A stretch of DNA of 64,000 bases from Escherichia phage tootiki: the sequence record MN850647.1, one strand, 5' to 3'. Shown here piece after piece: positions 46,863-56,571 of this stretch. Both the position numbers and the translations under genes were made by a program. The notes under the pieces were generated by a model that worked only from the letters and a program-made list of their open reading frames with translations, searched no databases and had not been told where the DNA came from. Position 1 is the stretch's first letter; each line of letters begins with the position of its first letter.

Positions 46863-48644
46863 TTAAAGCTGCTTGTCAATATTATTTCGAATATCACCAA
46901 GAGTTGTGTAACCAAACTGCTCAGAGTCACTAAAGACTAAACGTAAAGCACAAGCTGGGTGGTCAAGTACATCTGCAAAACTCTGGAATCCGTAGCCATC
47001 TACAGCTTTCAACTTATCACCATCCCACATAGGCGCTACACCACCAAAGGCAGATTTCTTAACACCACTATCTGTTTTAGGGTCTTTTGCAAGCATAATC
47101 TCTTTGCCACCAATGCTTGCAAGAGTTGCTTTGACAGCAAATGCAAAGGTGTCACGAGTCATGTACTGGTAAGTGTAAGAGCCTACACCAAACACCACGT
47201 TAGAGCTTGCAAACCCCATTTCATACAGACGCTTCAGGATTTCGTTTGCACGTTCCAGCGTGATAGAGTCACCATAGATAAGTCCGATATGCTCATCCAG
47301 TACCTTAAACCCTTTAGAGTTAATAGTTCCCCCAAAAATGTTGTACAGTGTCTTAATAGCTCCATCAATCTCAGCTACAGGACGTGTTACAACGTTTGCA
47401 GAACCAACCATATAAGCATTTTTCAACATCACTGTATCAGCAACTTCAAAGTCTTCTCTGTCAACAACCATTTCGTAGCCTTCTGACAGTAGCCATCCAG
47501 CAATACCATAGTTGATATTTTCAAGCTTCATGTTCAGAACAGCATTCAACATTGTGTCACTGGCTTCCAGCTTGCTTAGGTGCTCGTAATAAGCCTTTTT
47601 AGCACACTCTAAGTGGATTGCTTTATAACCTGTGACAATATGTACAGGGTCTCCAGAGTCAGGACGAATTACCAGTTTGCCATCACGTTCCATAATTTCT
47701 TTACGAAGTGCTGGTAAAATTTCTGACACAGTTCTCCAGAAGTTATAAGTGTCTGAAACAACACTTGCAATACCAGTTGGGTAAGTTTCTGTTAAGAAAC
47801 GACGGAAGGTTTGTAACTCACCTTTAAAGCGTCTTTCTTCTTCAATCAACTCATTACCACCTTCCCAAGCAATGTTTGCACACATTACAGAGTGCTCAGT
47901 GGCTGGTACAGAGCTACCAATATCAGAGATTGGGTAGGACTGTCCATAGATTCGTTTAGCCGTATACACAGCAGGGAAGCTATCAGTTCCTTTAAAGCTG
48001 GTTAAGTGGCCTACAGCGTTAAATGCGTCATCAGTAAAGCCGGACATACCACGCATAGCAAAGTCATGGCACTGATAAGGCAAATGCAAGTCGTTGTCAC
48101 AAGTAAGGTCAGTCCACTTCTTACAGATACGTTTGTAGTGCAATGCAATAGTTGCAATGGTACAAGCCTTCCAAATCTCAGCAGAGAAAGCATCTTCCAG
48201 ATACCCCGCTACCCAATGGAAGCCTGAAACAGTGTTCTGGAAGACAATCATTGGGACGCGCATAGGGACAACTGTACCTTCTTCTACAGCGTATACTTCA
48301 ACTGGTAGATAACCTAAGTCGTGAAGTGCTTCCCAGTGCTCTCGACCGATAGCATCTTTACCCAGAACACCATTCATGACTTCTAAGATTTCATCAATGG
48401 CTTCTTTTTTATCACGTTCAAAGAAAGTGGCGTTCCAGTGGTCTATCAAGTAATCTTTAACGAAACGTTGAATACCAAAAGCCACTACACCGTCAATTGC
48501 CAAAGGGCTGTTAAACCATTTATCACTACGTGGTGTCAGGTTCAACATAAGATATTGCGTAGCATCTGGATACTGATATATATGTGATGCCTTGTAAGCA
48601 TCTGCATTAAGACCTGCTGGTACTGCGTAAAGTGATTTAGTCAT
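46863..48644 (-). CDS. nadV: nicotinamide phosphoribosyltransferase (NadV/NAMPT-like)
   Basis: 593 aa; N-terminal NADAYKASHIYQYP matches NAMPT DSYKVTHYKQYP signature. Confidence 0.65.
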   Translation of the reverse strand: MTKSLYAVPAGLNADAYKASHIYQYPDATQYLMLNLTPRSDKWFNSPLAIDGVVAFGIQRFVKDYLIDHWNATFFERDKKEAIDEILEVMNGVLGKDAIGREHWEALHDLGYLPVEVYAVEEGTVVPMRVPMIVFQNTVSGFHWVAGYLEDAFSAEIWKACTIATIALHYKRICKKWTDLTCDNDLHLPYQCHDFAMRGMSGFTDDAFNAVGHLTSFKGTDSFPAVYTAKRIYGQSYPISDIGSSVPATEHSVMCANIAWEGGNELIEEERRFKGELQTFRRFLTETYPTGIASVVSDTYNFWRTVSEILPALRKEIMERDGKLVIRPDSGDPVHIVTGYKAIHLECAKKAYYEHLSKLEASDTMLNAVLNMKLENINYGIAGWLLSEGYEMVVDREDFEVADTVMLKNAYMVGSANVVTRPVAEIDGAIKTLYNIFGGTINSKGFKVLDEHIGLIYGDSITLERANEILKRLYEMGFASSNVVFGVGSYTYQYMTRDTFAFAVKATLASIGGKEIMLAKDPKTDSGVKKSAFGGVAPMWDGDKLKAVDGYGFQSFADVLDHPACALRLVFSDSEQFGYTTLGDIRNNIDKQL

Positions 48645-48689
48645 CTTTTAATCTCTCTCAAAGTGGGGCTTTCAAGCCCCTATAAAGTT

Positions 48690-49586
48690 TCAATCAATGG
48701 TTGCTACAGTAACTTGGGCGTAATGTGTTAAGCCACGGTCTTTAGCTTCACCTAAAGTGTTTGTAGTGTAGATATGGTCAATACCGTTGTCAAGTAAGTT
48801 TTCAACACCTTTAGAGAAAATACCATGAGTTACATAGAGTTCCACACGTTTTGCACCTGCTTCACGTAGGTGTTTAGCTGCCTCTACGAAGGTTCGACCA
48901 CCATCACAGATATCATCAAGAATCATGACAGTTTTATCGGTCAAATCAACATCGTCAAGGATTCGCATACCAGTGATTTCTCCAGTCTTAAGATTGCGCA
49001 CCTTAGACATTGTGATATACGGTTTATCCACCTCTTTAGCGGTATCTTCAGTCTTCTTAGCTGCACCTGCATCTGGGGCTACCAAGAAATCAATGCGTGG
49101 GTCACTTGCAAAGTGTACTGCCACATCTTTTTGCTTCATGCTTTGAAAGCACTTAAATAAGTTTTCTGCAACATTACTGTGAGGGTCAAGAGCACATACT
49201 GCATCAAAACCCATTACATTAACTAGGTTGGCAAAGACTTTCAGTGCTGCTGCATCACCTTTGAACATGTGGCGGTCATATCGAGCATTTGGTAAGAACC
49301 CGAAAACAACGGTTTTCATCGCTGATTTCTGGGGAACAAGACTGTCAACGGCATCCTTAGCCAAAGCTAATGCAAACAGTGTATCTTTGTCATATCCCTG
49401 TACAGTAATTATAACATTATCAATCTTACCAGCATTACGCTCAGTAAACTTAACAAAATCTTCAGAGAAGTTTCCACCAATTTCTCCAGATGGGAATTGA
49501 ATGATATTAAATTTTTCTGTGTGGAAGAATTTCTCTTGAGCGGTGACGACGGCTTCAATAACAGTTTTCATAGTTTTCTCTCTCAA
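48690..49586 (-). CDS. prs: ribose-phosphate pyrophosphokinase (PRPP synthetase)
   Basis: 298 aa; PRPP-binding loop MILDDICDGGRTF. Confidence 0.7.
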   Translation of the reverse strand: MREKTMKTVIEAVVTAQEKFFHTEKFNIIQFPSGEIGGNFSEDFVKFTERNAGKIDNVIITVQGYDKDTLFALALAKDAVDSLVPQKSAMKTVVFGFLPNARYDRHMFKGDAAALKVFANLVNVMGFDAVCALDPHSNVAENLFKCFQSMKQKDVAVHFASDPRIDFLVAPDAGAAKKTEDTAKEVDKPYITMSKVRNLKTGEITGMRILDDVDLTDKTVMILDDICDGGRTFVEAAKHLREAGAKRVELYVTHGIFSKGVENLLDNGIDHIYTTNTLGEAKDRGLTHYAQVTVATID

Positions 49587-49861
49587 TCAAAAGTTACGTT
49601 TGTTACTGCCATTGCAGATTTGCATTTTGCAGGGTCTACAACGTGATAAAGTACACTACAGTTACCTGTGCTGTCTGGTACAGGCTTTACCCATTGCTGC
49701 TTTATATTTGGCTCCCCTAAGTCTTTGTAAGAGCCATCTGTAAAGTTGTTTACCATCTCAAGTGCAATTGGTTCTGGAACATGCCCACGTATCATGTACA
49801 TTTCACAACCATTACCGCCTTCACTGACTAATGGTAAAATCTCCCACTTCTCTTTAGCCAT
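49583..49861 (-). CDS. hypothetical protein
   Basis: 92 aa. Confidence 0.4.
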   Translation of the reverse strand: MAKEKWEILPLVSEGGNGCEMYMIRGHVPEPIALEMVNNFTDGSYKDLGEPNIKQQWVKPVPDSTGNCSVLYHVVDPAKCKSAMAVTNVTFD

Positions 49862-50369
49862 TGTAAGTTGCCCTATAAACTGTCTCGAACTTCAACAGGA
49901 GAGATATTGCCAAATCTGTATAGTTGTTGTCAAGCACATCTGGCATATTATTTTTGATATATTTCTCTTGCTCTTCATAGGTCATCTTAGGTGTGCTTAG
50001 AAGGTTATCTCCCTGCTTCTGGTTATCAAGTTTAGTCTGGATAAACCAGTTTGCACAGTGATGCTCACCACCCTTTGTAACAGGTTTGTGGTGGCCTAAT
50101 GTGAAGGATTGACTACCTGTGTATCTACAAAGCTTATTGAGCACTGCAATGGTGTTCTTCACAACAAAACATTCATACAGGTTATCTATAGTGTAGTGTG
50201 GGTAATAACGGAATAGTACTCTTTCACGAGTACTTTCACGATTCCAGAGAATCATGTGATTGGAGTTTGAGGGGTCGTATTGGTGGGAGTCAATGAACTC
50301 TTGACGTTCCTCAAAGCTAAGTCTTAACACTGACATTGCAGCAGAACGTTTTAGGTTTGACAGATACAT
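49854..50369 (-). CDS. hypothetical protein with HNH-like HHKP..GG..H..N segment
   Basis: LGHHKPVTKGGEHHCANW; incomplete HNH signature. Confidence 0.35.
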   Translation of the reverse strand: MYLSNLKRSAAMSVLRLSFEERQEFIDSHQYDPSNSNHMILWNRESTRERVLFRYYPHYTIDNLYECFVVKNTIAVLNKLCRYTGSQSFTLGHHKPVTKGGEHHCANWFIQTKLDNQKQGDNLLSTPKMTYEEQEKYIKNNMPDVLDNNYTDLAISLLLKFETVYRATYNG

Positions 50370-50420
50370 ATCATCTCCAAAATAAAAAGGGAACTGTAAA
50401 GGTTCCCTTATAGTATCTGT

Positions 50421-50741
50421 TTACTGAGCTACTTTCAAGATGCTTGTGAATGAAATCTCACTCTCATCCATAAACTCTTTTGCTTCTCCAGTAACTTTTA
50501 CAAAGTTATCTAGGCAGATAATCTTCTTATCTTTCTTGCTATAGGTTAGCTTGACCTTTTCAATATCTTTCTTAGAGTTTTTCTCTTCATTAAAGAGCTT
50601 CACAGCTTCTTTAAATGGTAGGTATGAACCATCATCATCGCTAATAAAACCTGTGCCGCAATAGTAGAAGTTATATTCTTTAGCCATAAACTGGCACAGT
50701 ACGAAAATCTGTAATTTGCGAGTGTTATATACTTTGCTCAT
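50421..50741 (-). CDS. hypothetical protein
   Basis: 106 aa. Confidence 0.45.
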   Translation of the reverse strand: MSKVYNTRKLQIFVLCQFMAKEYNFYYCGTGFISDDDGSYLPFKEAVKLFNEEKNSKKDIEKVKLTYSKKDKKIICLDNFVKVTGEAKEFMDESEISFTSILKVAQ

Positions 50742-50743
50742 GA

Positions 50744-51010
50744 TTATTTAACCTTCTTATTACGTTTACGATTACGAGCTTTCTTAGCTGCTCGTTTAAT
50801 AGCTGCTGCACCAGACTGGTGGTGAGTTTGTTTCTTACCACCTTTACCACGTCCTACGTAGATGTAAGGCTGCTGTTCAATTTGGCTTGTAAGAACCTGT
50901 GCAACCGCTGAAGCATCTACACCGACCTGCTTTCCAGTCATAGAAATGATTGCTGCTGCTTTTGCCAGTGCCTTCAAGAAGCCAGCCTTCATATTACCTA
51001 AAATTCCCAT
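50744..51010 (-). CDS. hypothetical protein with basic C-terminal tail
   Basis: 88 aa ending KKARNRKRNKKVK. Confidence 0.4.
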   Translation of the reverse strand: MGILGNMKAGFLKALAKAAAIISMTGKQVGVDASAVAQVLTSQIEQQPYIYVGRGKGGKKQTHHQSGAAAIKRAAKKARNRKRNKKVK

Positions 51011-51025
51011 TTTTAGTCTCTCTCA

Positions 51026-51382
51026 TTAAAGTTTAATACAGAACTTATGGAGTTCTTCTTCAGTGATACCGATTGGAGTTACACCTTCTCTGATGTTTTG
51101 AATCCTGTAGAAGTCTCCAAATTTATCTGACTCGTGTATGGCAAAGGTGACATTCTTTACAATCGTTGCAAGAGCACATAATGAATGTGCACCAAATTTT
51201 TCTCTTGTATAAATAATCCAGGCATCTAACTTGTTGATGTCATAAGTCCACTTGCCAGAATAATCATTCTGCTCGCCATTGACAATCGCCTTGCCATCCA
51301 TACTCTTTTCTCCAGAGGTTTTGGTTATCAGAACCACGATATGGTTTAACTGTTGGTTTAGACGAATCATACTTACCATCAA
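51026..51382 (-). CDS. hypothetical protein (start uncertain, overlaps nrdG 3' end)
   Basis: 118 aa ORF; first 119 nt overlap nrdG in another frame. Confidence 0.35.
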   Translation of the reverse strand: MMVSMIRLNQQLNHIVVLITKTSGEKSMDGKAIVNGEQNDYSGKWTYDINKLDAWIIYTREKFGAHSLCALATIVKNVTFAIHESDKFGDFYRIQNIREGVTPIGITEEELHKFCIKL

Positions 51383-51749
51383 TCACCACGTCAACATATT
51401 TCATCACATCTAAGTGGATTTTTTCGTGCAGTTGAAAACCTGTCCAAAGCCATATAGACTTTTCTGGATAAACAGTTTTAATACGCTTGCATATGTTGGT
51501 GACCTCTTGAATGTTTCTGTCATCCAGAGGCTCCCCACCAAGTATTGACAGCCCACTGATAGCATTATCATCCATTAACTTAATGATGCCGTAGAAGTTT
51601 GCATAGGTAAACTCTTTACCAGCATTAAACTTCCAAGACTCCCTGTTAAAGCAGCCTTCACAGTGATGCTTACAACCAGCTACGAAGAGGCTTACACGAA
51701 CCCCTTCACCATTAGCTGTGTCAAATGGTCTAATCTCCATGTAATTCAT
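51264..51749 (-). CDS. nrdG: anaerobic ribonucleotide reductase activating protein (radical SAM)
   Basis: 161 aa; CKHHCEGC CxxxCxxC cluster near N-terminus. Confidence 0.75.
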   Translation of the reverse strand: MNYMEIRPFDTANGEGVRVSLFVAGCKHHCEGCFNRESWKFNAGKEFTYANFYGIIKLMDDNAISGLSILGGEPLDDRNIQEVTNICKRIKTVYPEKSIWLWTGFQLHEKIHLDVMKYVDVVIDGKYDSSKPTVKPYRGSDNQNLWRKEYGWQGDCQWRAE

Positions 51750-51808
51750 CTAGTTACCTCACCAATAAATATAAATGTTCTTTAAACCTTTTCTTCGAAT
51801 TGTTTTAC

Positions 51809-52204
51809 TCATTCAAACACCACCTCACAAGGAACCTGTTTAGTAATAAACTCTTCACAGTGTTCTTTAATAAAGTCTTGTAATGGAACACAGTCTTGCG
51901 CGCAAGTCATTAGCATAATGTACTCTGGATTCATGATGTTTTCAAGGGTGTAGAAGACAACATCATCAGATAATTCATGACCATCTTCTTCAGACCAAGT
52001 TCCAGTGACTACAGCTAATTTGTCAAGCAATTCATTAGGCAATGCTACACCATCTTCTACAGAATCACTTAGAACATTGTCGTTGATATACAATGTGAAG
52101 GTCGTATGGAATGTTGAGTACCTTACGTGATTCTTTTCACAAGAGCCACACTCTGAGGCATAATCTTTAATCCACTCTAACTGTTTTTGGTTCAACTTAA
52201 TCAT
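51809..52204 (-). CDS. hypothetical protein
   Basis: 131 aa. Confidence 0.45.
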   Translation of the reverse strand: MIKLNQKQLEWIKDYASECGSCEKNHVRYSTFHTTFTLYINDNVLSDSVEDGVALPNELLDKLAVVTGTWSEEDGHELSDDVVFYTLENIMNPEYIMLMTCAQDCVPLQDFIKEHCEEFITKQVPCEVVFE

Positions 52205-52401
52205 AATTTCACCTTAGTTGGTAATGCACTGAATGCTATAGCTAACCCTAAAAATGGTTTGAAGCATGACCATAAATCCATCTGACCATGATATGAGAAA
52301 CTCCATTGTGGGTCTGAAAATCCCCATACCATAACACTAACACCAAAGAAGAAGATTAGAATGTGGAGTATGTATATCAACGTTTTTGATATTTTAAACA
52401 T
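52201..52401 (-). CDS. hypothetical small membrane protein
   Basis: 66 aa, hydrophobic. Confidence 0.4.
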   Translation of the reverse strand: MFKISKTLIYILHILIFFFGVSVMVWGFSDPQWSFSYHGQMDLWSCFKPFLGLAIAFSALPTKVKL

Positions 52402-52554
52402 TTTAACTTATCTCTCAATTCACAATAAGAAAGTCCTAAAAAGAATCCTAGTAAGACAGAACCTATGAACAAACCGATAATACTCTCTGCCATGTCTGAC
52501 ATCCAATAAAAAAGTGATGTAAGCCTATCAAGACCCACATCACCTTGTCAAGTT

Positions 52555-54699
52555 TTACATAGAAATCCTGTCACGAATCTCAGCGATTTTTGCATCATTC
52601 ATTCGGGATTCACCTTTAATCTTAGTCCATCCCAGATATCCGCACACCCTGTTAATCACAGAGATGTCATGTGAATGGCAAACCTCACATTCTTCAACAT
52701 CAGCCTTTGGTCTGTTACCACAATGTTCACAGATTGCTAAGTCAAAGTTAAGTCCCTGATAAAAACCCTTCAACATCCCTCTGGTAATACAACTTTTAAG
52801 TGCTGTTAAGTTTTCTGGGTTAGCTACCCTTACATACTGGATTCTACCACCTCTACAGATATGGAAGAAGGGTTCTTCTAAGTCCTGCTTCTCAAATGGT
52901 GTAATGTCTGCTGCAACATTCATATGGAAACTGTTTGTAAAGTATTCCTTGTCAGAAACGCCTTTGATAACGCCAAACATATCTCTGAACTGTTTTAGCT
53001 GAGTTCCACAAAGTGATTCTGCTGGAGTGCCATAGACTGCATATAAGAAGCCATCTTCATTTTTAAACTCTTCAGTCTTCATGTTGATATATTCCAGAAC
53101 ATCATATGCAAAACTACAGCTTCCAACTTCATGAAGTCGTTTACCTTCAGCAAGAACAGATAGCTCATCAAGCGCAGTAACCCCAAAAGAAGCTGTGAAG
53201 GACTTCACGATATCCCAGCCAACCTTGTCAGTAGGTTTCTTATTCCCTTTGTACAGGCCACCTTGTGTGAATGCAAGAGGGTTAGAACTTGCTGGCATAT
53301 TAGCAATCATTTCGTAACGTTTCTTGTGGAAGCTGCGAATCATTTCTAGGTACTTATCAAGCTCTTTCCAGAAATCTAAGTCATTCTCTTTAGAATACTG
53401 GTAAATCATTGGTAAGTTCAAAGATACAGCACCAATGTTAGCACGACCAACGTAGAACTCTTCCCCATTCTCGTTAAAATATGGAGATAAGAAGGCTCTG
53501 CAACCCATCGGTGAAATTACCTTACCAGAACGCTCAAAAGCCTCTGCTACAGCACCATGTCCAGATACACTTAAGAAATCTGGATACATAGCTTTAGCGC
53601 AACACTCAATAGCTTTACTGTACAGGTGGCCTTGACAGATATTCTCATTATGTCTCTTCTGGTCATAAATATAAACCAGTTTAGGGAATACAACAGGCTT
53701 CTTGCTCTTACCTTGTCCATTCATACGAACATCTAGGAGAGTGCTTGCAATCATGTATTGCAGTCGGTTATCTTCATTAGACATATCTGAGTCAAGTAAC
53801 CCGAATGTCAAAGTTGTGAATGCAAAATCACCACGGCTACAAGGCACAGTATTGAGCTTCATTTCAAGAGACTGAAAACCTTGAGTTAATTCAATCTGTA
53901 GCTGCTCCATGACATAGTTGTGGTAATGTTCTTTAGGAATACCATAAGCTGTTGCTTTTTCAGCATGGTAACGTAGAGACTTCTTAGCATACGGTACAAG
54001 TACCTTATCAATCTCTGCTAAAGTAAAGCCACCAAATTGCTGTGCAGTTGCTGAAAGAACTACATCACCAATAACCTGTAAGGCTGACAGTACAGACTTC
54101 GGTTCACAGTATTCAATGCCAGACATTTCAAAGCCACCTTTCAGCACTTTACCAATGTCAAACAAGCAACAGTTGATACCACCAAAAATCAGGTCTCTTA
54201 AATCATGGATATAGATAAACCCTTTTTCAATGGCTTCAAGTTCCTCTGGTGTTAGGTGGTACTGTTTAAAGATTTCTTTAGTCAGGTAACCACGAATAAT
54301 TGAGCCTTTTGTAGAAATTAAACTGCTGTCAAAATTAGCGTTTTCTCGGTCACCTAAGAAGAGTGTATCTTTGGTCTTCTGGTAGAGTTCATCCCAATTT
54401 TGAGCAACCTCTTTACGGTAATTTCTATATGTTGAGTAAGACTCATAAATCTCGTGATTGACTTCTGCCAAAGCACCTTCAACAATACTGTGAATATCAT
54501 TTACTGAAATGAGTAAATTATTCTGCTTAGTAGATTTTACCAGAATCCTCATAAATGCTGACTCAAGAGCTTGGGTAACATCTGGTGGAAGTTCTTTATA
54601 CCCAACCCTATTAGCTGACTTTGAGACTGCTGCTAAAACTTTTTTGATATCAGGTTCTTCGAGTGAGCCATTCTTTTTAATAATCTGTACTTTGTTCAT
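52555..54699 (-). CDS. nrdD: anaerobic ribonucleoside-triphosphate reductase
   Basis: 714 aa; C-terminal glycyl-radical motif RVCGYLG and Cys-rich zinc site CEHCG...CEVCH. Confidence 0.85.
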   Translation of the reverse strand: MNKVQIIKKNGSLEEPDIKKVLAAVSKSANRVGYKELPPDVTQALESAFMRILVKSTKQNNLLISVNDIHSIVEGALAEVNHEIYESYSTYRNYRKEVAQNWDELYQKTKDTLFLGDRENANFDSSLISTKGSIIRGYLTKEIFKQYHLTPEELEAIEKGFIYIHDLRDLIFGGINCCLFDIGKVLKGGFEMSGIEYCEPKSVLSALQVIGDVVLSATAQQFGGFTLAEIDKVLVPYAKKSLRYHAEKATAYGIPKEHYHNYVMEQLQIELTQGFQSLEMKLNTVPCSRGDFAFTTLTFGLLDSDMSNEDNRLQYMIASTLLDVRMNGQGKSKKPVVFPKLVYIYDQKRHNENICQGHLYSKAIECCAKAMYPDFLSVSGHGAVAEAFERSGKVISPMGCRAFLSPYFNENGEEFYVGRANIGAVSLNLPMIYQYSKENDLDFWKELDKYLEMIRSFHKKRYEMIANMPASSNPLAFTQGGLYKGNKKPTDKVGWDIVKSFTASFGVTALDELSVLAEGKRLHEVGSCSFAYDVLEYINMKTEEFKNEDGFLYAVYGTPAESLCGTQLKQFRDMFGVIKGVSDKEYFTNSFHMNVAADITPFEKQDLEEPFFHICRGGRIQYVRVANPENLTALKSCITRGMLKGFYQGLNFDLAICEHCGNRPKADVEECEVCHSHDISVINRVCGYLGWTKIKGESRMNDAKIAEIRDRISM

Positions 54700-54716
54700 T
54701 ATTGCCCCTTTACATG

Positions 54717-54741
54717 CTAAAAAGGTCTCCGAAGAGACCCT
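54717..54741 (-). terminator. terminator-like hairpin
   Basis: GGGTCTC-TTCG-GAGACC on minus strand with short T-run. Confidence 0.45.
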
Positions 54742-54747
54742 TTCATT

Positions 54748-54954
54748 TTAAATCTTTTTAGAAAACTTCGCAAAGAGTTCTCTTAGCTTTTCAGTGATAC
54801 CTAACTGTATCTCTAATATTTCAAAGATAACCCATAGTAACATGGCTCCAAACAATGAACCTTGTTCAAAATCAGTAAATAGGTTAACAATAAGCATACC
54901 AATCACAATGGCTGGTGCATCAACAACCAAGCCTTCCCAAAGGCGTTTAAGCAT
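54748..54954 (-). CDS. hypothetical small membrane protein
   Basis: 68 aa. Confidence 0.4.
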   Translation of the reverse strand: MLKRLWEGLVVDAPAIVIGMLIVNLFTDFEQGSLFGAMLLWVIFEILEIQLGITEKLRELFAKFSKKI

Positions 54955-55189
54955 TATTCACCTCTGCCATAAAATTCTGTAGCGTTCCGACAGGTTTTAG
55001 ATTTTGACCATCAGTTTTCATGATGAATGGCATCTGACGAACTGGCATCTGTGCAATATCCATCAGGTCTGACAGTTCATAGTCCTGCCCTAACATTCTC
55101 ACAACATGGTCAATACCACGAGCTTTTGCAAAATTCTTTGCAGTCTCACACTGAGGGCATCCAGTTTTGGAGTAAATTACATAAGTCAT
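54947..55189 (-). CDS. glutaredoxin-like protein (NrdH/Grx family)
   Basis: 80 aa; active site CPQC at residues 11-14. Confidence 0.7.
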   Translation of the reverse strand: MTYVIYSKTGCPQCETAKNFAKARGIDHVVRMLGQDYELSDLMDIAQMPVRQMPFIMKTDGQNLKPVGTLQNFMAEVNNA

Positions 55190-56262
55190 TAAGGAACCTC
55201 TAAAAATCCACTATTCAAATCATCTACAACAGTATTCAACAGGTACGCACCGTTCTGTTGCTCCTGATTAGCATTCTGCTCTTTATCAATTTCCATCTTC
55301 TTAATCATATACTTCAAAGGTGGTTCTTTAGGAGCTACAAAATCTCTGGGAATGCCAAACATATCATACAGTGGGGCAGCATTATAGTAAACCCACTCAT
55401 GAAGAAGTTTTGTATTTAAGCCAACTACAGCACGTCCTTCGGAGAAGATATAATACGACCATTTCTCTTCACTTTCAACTACTTCATCTAAGATTACTTT
55501 AATCTCTGGAAGAATTTGTTGAAAAGCTTTCTGCCACTCATCATCTCTTAAAGTTTCTTTTAAAACTTCAATATCAATTTTAGTGTGAAGGATTTCATCA
55601 AGCATAATCTTCTGCACAGCTTGAGCAATACCCTGAAATTTATCTTGAGCATCAAGTGCAAAAGTACATGCAAAGGATGCCATAAAAGATATACCTTCCA
55701 GTGCAGTCACTGCAAATAGACCTTTCAGAATCACTTTATGGAAGTGTAAAGGGTCTTTGTCTAGAAGTGAGTCACGCACATAACTCAGACGGTAGTTTAT
55801 GCCTTCATCCAGTAATTCTTCAAGAACACGATTCACAGTTTTTAATCGGTCTTGCACAGCAACATTCTGGTTAATCTCATCTAAGATTGTTTCAGGGTTT
55901 TTAATACATTGTCTTACAATCTCTGAGTAAGTAAGAGCATGTAGGTTTTCAATCTCAGACTGCTTCATAATTGCAGTTGCATATATGTCATCAGAGATAA
56001 AAGGTGCAAAGGCAAATGCCAAGCTCTTAGCAACTTGAGTGTCTGCTTCCCATTGCCACTTAAGAATCTCAAGCATTACACCTGACATTGATGCTGGGAC
56101 ACTCTCAAAATCAAGACGTGATTGTTCAAAAGGGAACTCATCTTCTGACCAATCTTGTGCTTTTTGTTGTTTATAAAGCTCAAAGATTTTTAGGTAGTGT
56201 TTATTAAGTGAGTCAAAAGTTTTTCTCTCACCACCTAAAAAGATTGGGTGCTGGTTAATCAT
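55189..56262 (-). CDS. nrdB: ribonucleotide reductase class Ia small subunit
   Basis: iron ligands EIENLH and DEILH, EGISFMASFA; start moved to MINQHP to avoid overlap. Confidence 0.8.
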   Translation of the reverse strand: MINQHPIFLGGERKTFDSLNKHYLKIFELYKQQKAQDWSEDEFPFEQSRLDFESVPASMSGVMLEILKWQWEADTQVAKSLAFAFAPFISDDIYATAIMKQSEIENLHALTYSEIVRQCIKNPETILDEINQNVAVQDRLKTVNRVLEELLDEGINYRLSYVRDSLLDKDPLHFHKVILKGLFAVTALEGISFMASFACTFALDAQDKFQGIAQAVQKIMLDEILHTKIDIEVLKETLRDDEWQKAFQQILPEIKVILDEVVESEEKWSYYIFSEGRAVVGLNTKLLHEWVYYNAAPLYDMFGIPRDFVAPKEPPLKYMIKKMEIDKEQNANQEQQNGAYLLNTVVDDLNSGFLEVP

Positions 56263-56516
56263 AGTGTGATTTCTCCTTTCTTTATCATTTCTAAGGCTTG
56301 TTTTCTGTCTAAAACTTCCCAATTTTCTTCATTGAACATCTCATAAGGTCTTGCGTAGATTTTACCATCTGCTGTAGAGATGTAAGAGATACCAGCAACC
56401 CATGAGTCATCCTTTTGTTTTATCATCATGTCTGTGCTACTCACATAGTACATCGTTTTCCGAGGCTTGTGGAGCAAGTATATAGGTCGCTCATGTTTTT
56501 CTATTAAATCTTTCAT
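56259..56516 (-). CDS. hypothetical protein between nrdA and nrdB
   Basis: start moved to ATG with GGAGAG upstream. Confidence 0.4.
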   Translation of the reverse strand: MKDLIEKHERPIYLLHKPRKTMYYVSSTDMMIKQKDDSWVAGISYISTADGKIYARPYEMFNEENWEVLDRKQALEMIKKGEITL

Positions 56517-56571
56517 GGTCTCTCCAAAGTTATTTTTAGAGGGTCTTTTACGACCCTCATAGTTGTTAAAA

